A DNA stretch of 64,000 nucleotides from Rhodothermales bacterium. GTDB taxonomy: Bacteria > Bacteroidota > Rhodothermia > Rhodothermales > Bin80. The stretch covers positions 773,395 through 837,394 of the forward strand of contig CATQHT010000001.1 in the NCBI GenBank assembly GCA_958296045.1, given 5' to 3'. Made by a program: the position numbers and the translations under genes. The notes beneath the pieces were generated by a model. The model had not been told where the DNA came from. It ran no database searches and saw only the letters and a list, made by a program, of their open reading frames with translations. Shown in pieces: positions 50,060 to 58,300 of this stretch (positions are counted from its first letter, which is position 1; every line of letters begins with the position of its first letter).

Positions 50060-50800
50060 ATGAAACAGATGACCTTCTGCATGGGCATCAGCCTTGCCCT
50101 GCTGTCTTGTGTGCCTGAAGCTCCGGCTCAAGTGCCCGACCTGAGCGAATGGTCGGTGCATGACCCTGACCGGCCGCAGCCCCCGGTTGTTACGCCGGGC
50201 GCTGATGGGGCTTCGCCTTCGGATGCTATCGTGCTCTTTGACGGATCCGACCTATCCGCGTGGCAGCACACAGACGGCAACGATGCCACTTGGACGCTGC
50301 GTGACGGCTATATGGAGGTCACCAGAGGCTCGATAATGACGAGACAAGGCTTCGGAGACATGCAGCTACATATTGAGTGGGCCACGCCCAACAGCGGTGA
50401 CGGACAGAACAGCGGCAACAGCGGTGTGTACTTGATGAACACGTATGAGGTGCAGGTTCTGAACTCGTATGAGAATGCCACCTATCCAGACGGGCAGGCC
50501 GGCTCCGTCTACGGCCAGTATCCGCCGCTCGTCAATGCCAGCAGGCCGCCTGGGCAGTGGCAGAGCTACGACATAGTGTTTCGGCGTCCGCACTTTAGCG
50601 AAGACGGCAGCCTGGAGTCTCCTGCGCGCGTAACGGTGTTCCACAATGGTGTGTTGATACAGGACAACGTCGTACTGACCGGTCCTACGGGTCACCGGTC
50701 GAGACCGCCGTACGAGGCTCATGAAGACCGTCTTCCTCTGTTGCTCCAGGATCACAGCGAGCCCACACGCTTTCGCAACATCTGGGTGCGCGAGCTCTGA
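50060..50800 (+). CDS. DUF1080 (3-keto-disaccharide hydrolase-like) secreted protein
   Basis: 246 aa with a signal peptide and 'WTLRDGYMEV', 'GDMQLHIEW', 'GNSGVYLMNTYEVQVLNSYEN.TYPDGQAGSVYGQYPP', 'VFHNGVLIQDN'. Confidence 0.85.
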   Translation: MKQMTFCMGISLALLSCVPEAPAQVPDLSEWSVHDPDRPQPPVVTPGADGASPSDAIVLFDGSDLSAWQHTDGNDATWTLRDGYMEVTRGSIMTRQGFGDMQLHIEWATPNSGDGQNSGNSGVYLMNTYEVQVLNSYENATYPDGQAGSVYGQYPPLVNASRPPGQWQSYDIVFRRPHFSEDGSLESPARVTVFHNGVLIQDNVVLTGPTGHRSRPPYEAHEDRLPLLLQDHSEPTRFRNIWVREL

Positions 50801-51394
50801 CTTTGCAGCTGCGCCTCATTGCTGGCGCTGATGTGGGCAGCACGTAGACGCGTGTCGCCGTGGCCTCTGCGGACGCCCTTGCCAGCGTCCTTGCCCGTAC
50901 GAGCGCGCCGACCCCTCAGGGTGGTCCCGCTGCTGCTGTTCGCCTGATTGCGCAGGCTGGGCCTGTAGCTACATCCAATAAAGAGGCAGGGCTAGTCGCT
51001 CCCTACGGGGATCGGGGCGCCTCGTCGAACCCAAGCGGCAATGAGGCTAAAGCTTGCTTGGCGAACTAGCTCTACCCGGTAATCACTCCAGCAGCTTAAC
51101 AACGAGCCCTCAAGATGCATAGGGCGGGCAGATCTTGGCCCTTAGCCACGCGGTTACCCGACAAGAATAGCGTAGCCCTCGTAGCGGGAGGCCGGAGCTT
51201 CACGCTGGAGGTGAATGTTACGCTGTTCTAAGTGGTAGATGCGGAGGGTCAAGGCCATTCGCGTAGCGAGCGTGAGTTAAGGGTGTATGCGCCGACCGCG
51301 ACGGGCGCGTATATCCCCCTCGCTTTGCAGGCATGCACCTTGCGGAGCGTGCGGTGAGCGAAACCATTGAGATTGCCGAGCCTTACGCCATGCG

Positions 51395-53689
51395 CTATGG
51401 TGGCTGGCGCTCCACAAGGTCGTAAATCGCTCCGAGTTCTTCGTAGGCTATGGCGCGCATCTGCAGACTTGCGTACCCACGCCACATGATTTCGTGACCA
51501 GGCGGCGGGTCGTGCTTTCGGTTCATGTAGCCGCCCATCATCGCCATCAACAAAATTCCCGAGGTGAGGTCCTTGAGTTCGGGAAGGTCGTAATTGCGGG
51601 CATAGACCCGCAACATATACATCTCCGCGTCCGTGAAAATCACTTCCGCGTCCATGCTGGCAGTTACACGCCCCAACAGCGTCATGAGCATGAGCCGCCA
51701 GGACGTGACGATATACAGCGTTATTACCCGGTGCAGGTTCTCTGCCTGCTGCATGCGCAGCTTTTCGACGCGGCAACCCGTCTTGAGTACCCGAAAGGTG
51801 TCCTCCACGCGCCAGCGCAGGGTGTAGTATTCCAGTATCTGCTCTGCCTCTTGTAGTGAGGTAACCTCCACGGTGGTTAGCAGAAACCACTCAATCCGAT
51901 CTGCACCTTTGGGCGGTGCTATCTCACGAACGTGGACCGCGGAGACCTTCACGGGATCTTCGGCAAACCCGCCTGTTGCTGGCAACCTCACTTGGCGAAA
52001 ACGCACCTCCATGCGTGCATTACGCTTCGGACGGCCCTTGTGCGTGATCCGACCAGACTTCGCCCGAAGACTCAGACGCTCTACCAAGAGCTCCAGCACA
52101 CCGGCAGCAGGTCCACGGCGCATGGCTTTAAACAGGCGATCATGGTTCTTACCCAGATTCCGATCGTGTTTGGCCCGAATCAGCACATCGGTCCGCTTCA
52201 AAGTGCGCTGCGCCGCAAAGATCTCGAATGCATCCGCTTCCCGGTCCATCACGCTAAGCACGCGCGTCTTGCGCGGCAGCGTCTGTGCAGCCTCATCTAT
52301 GTCGCGAAGCCCATCAATCCATTGATGCGTTTTAGTTTGCCCTTCCTTTTTTCTGTACGAACACCGTAATACTCCCAAGGGCAATCCCTCGTCGTTCAAC
52401 GCCAGGGTCGCGTGCAGATGTACGCCGCGCGCCTGTGCCTTGGTCTGGTTGCTACCGATTACTTCCAATCCGTCGCACTGCGGACGTGTGCTGTAACTAA
52501 TGTCTGTACCATCCTGCACGAACAGCACCGTTTTCTGGGTGCGCATCCGCTCAATGGTCCGCTGCCGGTGCGGCGCCAGTATCTTCGCAGGTGTGATGCC
52601 GAACCTATCGGCCTTCTCGATGAATCGCCAATATCCCCTTACAGCAGCTAAGTCTCGGTTGGGAACCGTGGTTACGGGCTTTCCCATCGTTTTTGCTACT
52701 AGTGCCGCGCTCTTTACCAGACGGGCGGTGCGCCGAATATGGCCCAACGCTGCACCGCCGAATTCCTGTTCCGCACAAGAGTCGCTCGCCAGCCCAGCGC
52801 CCACCTCCAGCCGGGGTCGCAATTCCACATGCGGTACGCCCAGACGATCGCGCCACGCAGGATCCAGTTCATAGGCGAATACCTTCTTCCGTGAACGCTT
52901 TCCCACGCCGCTCGGTGCATGCCGACCGCGCCCCAGGGTGAGACCTAAGTATTGGAAGCCTGCTGCCTTGAAACACGTACCCTCGTAACGTGGACACACG
53001 AAGGTCTCTACCACGTAAGGTACATACTTATACCGGGCCATGAAGTCGGAGGACAATCGCCGAAACACGCGACCCAGCACGAAGCTCGCCAGATTCTTGC
53101 ACCGAACACTTGGACGAATCAGAAAACGACTCAGGTTCACTACGCGCTTAAGATGGCCGCTGCGCTGCTCATGACTCCAGGCCATCCACCGGTCCCGCGC
53201 CTTGAGATAAAGCGCAGCGGCAGAGAATCCGACCGCCCCCAGATAACCGTGGGCGCTCTTAATTAGGTAGCGCATTTGTGCTCCCGCAAAGGTGGTCACC
53301 CCCCGGGGATGCTCTTCGTCCATGAGCGTATTCCAGATGGCGCGATCTTGTGCGCTGTCTACTCGGACGATCTCGAAATCCTCGATCTCGCGCACATCAG
53401 CCGGAACGTCCACCGCCTCTGGTACCGGTTTACCCAATAGCCGTGGCTTGGCGATTCGAAGCTTCACCTGTGGAGGGGGTAAAGCAATCTGCTCTTCAGA
53501 ATGCAGCACCCTAAGGGCCTTCATGCAGCCCGCCAGCCGCTTCTCGCCACGTGCATCGACCAAGCGGAATTGATCGCACACCATACCCGCGAGCGCACGC
53601 CGACTCTTGTCACGATGCGCCGCTACCGTAGCTGACACCTCCAGCACGGCACTGCGAAGCGTTTCCAAGATCCCGAGTGGCCCCTGCAT
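51395..53689 (-). CDS. DUF4338 (DruA-like) domain fused to Tn5/IS50-like IS4-family DDE transposase
   Basis: The N-terminal ~330 aa carry 'GAQMRYLIKS..GYLGAVGFSAAALYLKARDRWMAWSHEQR..LKRVVNLSRFLIRPSVRCKNLASFVLGRV..ETFV.PRYEGTCFKAAGFQYLGLTLGRGR'. Next comes the Tn5 N-terminal DNA-binding region 'LGHIRRTARLVK', then DDE 'VLFVQDGTDISY', 'LSVMDREADAFE' and 'YYTLRWRVEDTFRVLK' (Y-2-R-3-E-6-K). The start is taken at 'MQGPLGILETL'. The track ORF runs to 53809. Confidence 0.85.
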   Translation of the reverse strand: MQGPLGILETLRSAVLEVSATVAAHRDKSRRALAGMVCDQFRLVDARGEKRLAGCMKALRVLHSEEQIALPPPQVKLRIAKPRLLGKPVPEAVDVPADVREIEDFEIVRVDSAQDRAIWNTLMDEEHPRGVTTFAGAQMRYLIKSAHGYLGAVGFSAAALYLKARDRWMAWSHEQRSGHLKRVVNLSRFLIRPSVRCKNLASFVLGRVFRRLSSDFMARYKYVPYVVETFVCPRYEGTCFKAAGFQYLGLTLGRGRHAPSGVGKRSRKKVFAYELDPAWRDRLGVPHVELRPRLEVGAGLASDSCAEQEFGGAALGHIRRTARLVKSAALVAKTMGKPVTTVPNRDLAAVRGYWRFIEKADRFGITPAKILAPHRQRTIERMRTQKTVLFVQDGTDISYSTRPQCDGLEVIGSNQTKAQARGVHLHATLALNDEGLPLGVLRCSYRKKEGQTKTHQWIDGLRDIDEAAQTLPRKTRVLSVMDREADAFEIFAAQRTLKRTDVLIRAKHDRNLGKNHDRLFKAMRRGPAAGVLELLVERLSLRAKSGRITHKGRPKRNARMEVRFRQVRLPATGGFAEDPVKVSAVHVREIAPPKGADRIEWFLLTTVEVTSLQEAEQILEYYTLRWRVEDTFRVLKTGCRVEKLRMQQAENLHRVITLYIVTSWRLMLMTLLGRVTASMDAEVIFTDAEMYMLRVYARNYDLPELKDLTSGILLMAMMGGYMNRKHDPPPGHEIMWRGYASLQMRAIAYEELGAIYDLVERQPP

Positions 53690-54139
53690 GCCCGTAAGGT
53701 AACGGACACAAACGTGGTTGTCAAGTCGACCATTAGCCCAAGGGGCAGACCTAGGATCCGCCCTTACGTACGCGGGCATACCTGCGTGACTACGCCGCAT
53801 ACATGCCAAAAACGCACGTCAACCCCAGTCCGCATGGCCGCTCGATCATTGACCAGGTGCGCCCTCAATAGAAGATCACCCGCACCCGCAACCAGATTCC
53901 CGAAGAACATCGGCGAATAGCGATACCTGTCAGAGCTAAGAGTCATGGCTGCTCTGCTGAGTTGAGTATTCCTCAACCTGCCCGAAGCCGAGGTTACCGC
54001 ATAGCCATAGAGGACCGCACCCAAACATAAGCAGGGCAAATCTCCCGGCTTAAATGCCCTTTGCGAGACAATTACGTTGGTCCGCTGCCAGAGTCAAGTA
54101 GCAACGGCACCGCCGAAGCAAACACCGAGAAGCACGGCA

Positions 54140-54357
54140 AGCAGATGAAGCCTGATCCCGTACACGCGCCGCTCATGCATGTGCGCAGATTCAGGGAGAA
54201 TGTGCTCAAGGTAGGGGGACGCCTGACCAGACATGCACGGCAGCTGCACTTCTATCTCGCCGAGTCCGCAAAGAAGCTGTGGGAGACCTTCTGGGAAAAC
54301 ACATGGAAGCTGCGCTGGCAGACCCTGTGCTGGCCGAGTCTGCCTAAACGGTGCTAA
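54140..54357 (+). pseudogene. C-terminal remnant of a DDE transposase (IS1380-like tail)
   Basis: 'RRFRENVLKVGGRLTRHARQLHFYLAESAKKLWETFWEN' resembles the IS1380-type C-terminus '..lR..ll.vagrlvrhaRr..l.l..'. No catalytic core lies upstream. Confidence 0.4.
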
Positions 54358-54728
54358 GAGGCCACCGACCGGCTTCCTGACCACGTTAACGCACCTCCCC
54401 AAGGGCGACCAACAAGAGCCCAGCGCCAAGCTACGCCCGCGCGACATTAATTCGCCCCGCTGAGCGGCAAACAGACACCCTGAGCGCGCCGCAAACCCGC
54501 AAAATCGCTCTCTCGCTCCACGACTAGGTCCCATCAACGGGTCATACCCCTGCCTCCAAGGCATTTCCCCTCAACGGCCGCCCACGAATTCCAAGTAGTG
54601 AATAGGGTGGGTTTATTCATTGAAATGGACCGTATAGGCCCCCTCTTAGTTGAAAAGTGACGCACTCAGCGTTACATGCATTGTAACAAAGTATCCATGC
54701 AATACTTTGCTGCTGTTTTATGCAAATT

Positions 54729-55031
54729 TCAGACGTGAATTATGCGGCTTGAATCTGGCACTAGGCGGTCCAGCAGGTTGCGGATCTGCCCGTCAGAGGG
54801 AATGCCTTGCATGCCAAACAGCGTCTGGCAGTTGGAACGGCCCTAGTCGTCCTGCATCCTCCGCTGAAAAGCAGGAAAGGAGGGCGATGGCAGAAAGAAG
54901 CAGGCACATGCGCTCAACACGGCATCGGCCAGCGTGTAGCGCAGATTGGGTCCCTGGCGGTTATCCTCAAATGCACCGGCGGCCGATCGGATGCGTCTCA
55001 GCACATCGCGCAGCAGCTTGCTTGGTGTCAT
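54729..55031 (-). pseudogene. N-terminal remnant of a DDE transposase with in-frame TAG (family uncertain)
   Basis: '..NLRYTLADAVLSACACFFLPSPSFPAFQRRMQDD*GRSNCQTLFGMQGIPSDGQIRNLLDRL' matches the conserved N-terminus of a transposase family ('kY.L.D...sa...F..q.pSfL.fQr......n...lFg....PSd.qIR..LD'). It is truncated after ~100 codons. Confidence 0.4.
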
Positions 55032-55313
55032 GGGTGTACCTCAGAGTGAAAGACAAAAGCACGCTATAGCAGGGCATCGCTGGACCGGTATTGCCAGTCC
55101 ATACACCCATCATACACAAATCGTCTGCTGAACAGGCATTCCCGTAAACCCTACATGCATCCACATTTAGAATCGCTGTGGGCTCCCGGGTCGACTTGCC
55201 CTTTTCACCCTAGTGTCCTTACCTTTGGTGCGCAAACTGGAGTACTGCGTTATGGTAAGCTCTAAAGCAATGCTATATCCGACCCAGGGCGCAGCCCGGC
55301 GTCTGGAAAATTC

Positions 55314-55326
55314 GGGGGGGGGGGGG
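55314..55326 (+). repeat. G13 homopolymer tract 69 nt upstream of the giant LRR gene start
   Basis: Counted directly, and consistent with the track ORF 55213..55422 reading '..ENSGGGGYS..'. Confidence 0.95.
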
Positions 55327-55394
55327 TATTCCTCACGATCCTTTCTGCGCTGCTTCGCGGAGCCCTGCCCAGACGCGCTGGCTGCTCGCTGCGC

Positions 55395-58300
55395 GTGGGT
55401 ATGGCAGCGATTGCCTGTCTAACGGCGGCGCACGTTGGTACGGCACAGGACATCGAAACCGTTATATTCCCAGTCCTGAGGGCCCTCTACAACGCAACTG
55501 ACGGCGACAACTGGACGAATACCACGGATAACAACCGACCGTGGGATGTGACCAGCGTACCGACTGCAGCAGAGTTGGAGAATTGGCATGGGATTGCTTA
55601 CATCTTTGGCGAACTCGTTGGCGTGGCTCTTGAAAACAACGGGCTTTCTGGTACGATCCCGGTTGAATTGGGCAACCCGGGACTGACATCATTAGTGACA
55701 TTGGGCCTAGCCGAAAACTCTCTCACTGGTACGGTCCCGGGCGAGTTGGGCGAATTGTCGGCCCTAATAGCGTTAGACATTCAATACAATAGGCTTACGG
55801 GGGTATTGCCCTTCGAGCTGACCAATCTGACCAGCCTCCAAGGCTTCTGGTTTAATGATAACGATGGTCTTTGTGCGCCCGTCGACGATGACTTTCAGGA
55901 TTGGCTTGATCCGTTTGCAGTCCCCGTACCCCCCGGTCCCAATTGTACTGCGCCTGTGTTACCAGAAATCGAAGATAAGAAGTATACAGAAGGTGTATTG
56001 GTTCCAGGGGACATGCTTCCGGCTGCGATGGGCGGTATTCCGCCATACGGTGAATATAGTCTCTCGCCGGATCCGCCTTCGGGCCTGGAGTTTAATCGCG
56101 ACACGCGTGTCATAAGCGGCACGCCATTGGAGGTTTTTCCTCGGGCGCCGTTCACGTATACAGTTACGGATGGGGCAATGGGGACCGCGTCACAGACATT
56201 CACCATCGAGGTTGTTACGGCGGCGTTGTTTTTAGAGGACGTGCCAGAGCAGGTGTATTCCTTCGGGCAAGAGGTCTCCTTCTTCCTTCCTGAGGCACGC
56301 GGCGGCGTTCCGCCGCACCGCTACGCGCTGACGCCGGATCCGCCGGAGGGACTGGTGTTTGACGAGAACACGCGTGAGCTCAGTGGTACGCCGACCGAAG
56401 TCGTTGCGCGACAGGAGTACACGTACACGGTAACAGATGCAGCGCAGGTGACCGTACCGGTAGAGTTTGGCATCGAGGTGACGTTGGCTTGGGCGGAGGT
56501 GCCAGATCGGACCTATACCTTTGAAGTGCCTATCGTGCCCTTGGAGCTTCCCGAGCCTCTTGGCGGCACGGCTCCTTACGAGTATACCGTTTCTCCAGTG
56601 CTGCCGCCGGGTTTGGCGTTTGATGAACAAGTAGGGTCACTCACGGGCACGCCATCGGTGGGTGTGCCTCGAACGAAGTACACCTGGGGGGCGAGGGACG
56701 CTGCCGGATTCGTGGTGGCGCGGTCCTCGTTTATGGAGGTGCGGTTGGCGTTATTCGCGATCCAGGATTATTCGTTTCCGTTAGGAGTGGAGATCGTTCC
56801 GCTGGTGTTCCCTTCTGCGCAGGGTGGCACCGGTGTGGTCGAGTACACGCTGACGCCGGCGCTTCCTGAGGGTTTGGACTTTGATGAGTTTGCGCGCGTG
56901 CTCTTCGGCACGCCGACCGAAGCTATGGGAGAGACCGAGTACACGTACCGGGCCGAGGATGCGGAGGGCGCTTTTGGTGAGCAGACCTTTTCTATGGAGG
57001 TGCTATCACTGGTTTTACCTATCGTTGCGGACACGGTCTTTGTGGTGGGCGAGGCGGTCGACTGGGTGTTGCCCGAGGCTGTGGTCGGTACGCCTCCCTT
57101 AGTCTATTCGTTGGATGGGGCGCTTCCAGAGGGGTTGACGTTTGTTCCTGGAATGCGCACGCTCCATGGCATGCCGACGGCGGTGGCAGACGCGCAGGAC
57201 TATGTGTATGAGGTTGAGGACGGGGAGGGTTTGACGGCGCAGGCGCCCTTCACCATAGCGGTGGTGCCGGCGGAGCTGCGGCTGCCTCTGGTAGCGGCGC
57301 AGCACTATGTGGCAGAGAGGGAGATGTCCCGGGTGCTGCCGGAGGCTACGGGCGGTACGCCTCCCTTAGTCTATACGTTGGATGGGGTGCTTCCTGAGGG
57401 GCTGGCATTTGATTCTGGTACGCGCACGCTCAGTGGTACGCCGACGTTGGCGGTGCCACGCGCGGAGTATCGGTACGGGGTGGAGGATGCCGAAGGCGAT
57501 ACGACATCGCAGGCGTTCGTTATGGAGATCCATGGCGCGTTCACCTTGCCGTCTGTGCCTGACCAGGACTTTACGGTAGGGGAGGACCGCTCGGTGGAGT
57601 TGCCGTTGGCGTCGGGCGGCTTGGGTTCGCCCACGTATATGCTGACGCCGGCGTTGCCGTCGGGGCTCACCTTTGATGCGTCCTCGCGTGTGCTGAGCGG
57701 CACGCCGACCGCCGTCGCGGCTCCTATGACGTACACGTATGCGGCGACGGATACGACCGGCACCCCTGTCGAGCGGGAGTTTATGCTGGCGGTCTACGAT
57801 GTGCTGACGTTGCCCGAGGTAGCGGATCAGCGTTATGTGTACGGGGAGCAGATTTCGTTGGCTTTGCCACCGGCCGTGGGAGGTAACCCGGGGTACACGT
57901 ATAGCTTAATGCCGGATCCGCCGGAGGGACTGGTGTTTGATTCCACGGCCACGGCGCGCGTGCTGAGCGGCACGCCTACCCAGGCCACCGCGCCTGAGGA
58001 GTACACGTACATGGCGACGGATGCGAACGGTGCGACGGCGTCGGGCACCTTCTATATTGAGGTGGCCTTAGCGTTGGCATCCATTGATGATCAGAAGTAT
58101 CGGGTGGGAGAGGCTGCGAGCGTGGTGCTTCCCGCAGCGCTGGGTGGCGCGGATCCGATGTATATGCTGACGCCGGCGTTGCCGTCGGGGCTGACCTTTG
58201 ATGCGGCCACGCGTACGTTGGGTGGCACGCCTATGGAAGCCACCGCGCCTGTGGAGTACGCGTACGTGGCGACGGATGCGGCCGGTCTGGCGGCTTCGGA

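Noticed and set aside
51126-54046. Candidate inverted repeats for the Tn5-like element ('gggcagatcttggccct' at 51126 vs the reverse complement of 'agggcaaatctccc' at 54033-54046).
   Set aside because: The match needs several gaps, and no 9-bp target duplication flanks it. It is too weak to annotate as element ends.
55314-55326. The G13 tract as a promoter-spacer element, or as a pure sequencing artefact.
   Set aside because: Not rejected outright. The frame analysis (fusion at G14 or G11) gives a more specific and testable model. The artefact possibility is listed as the refutation condition in the finding.
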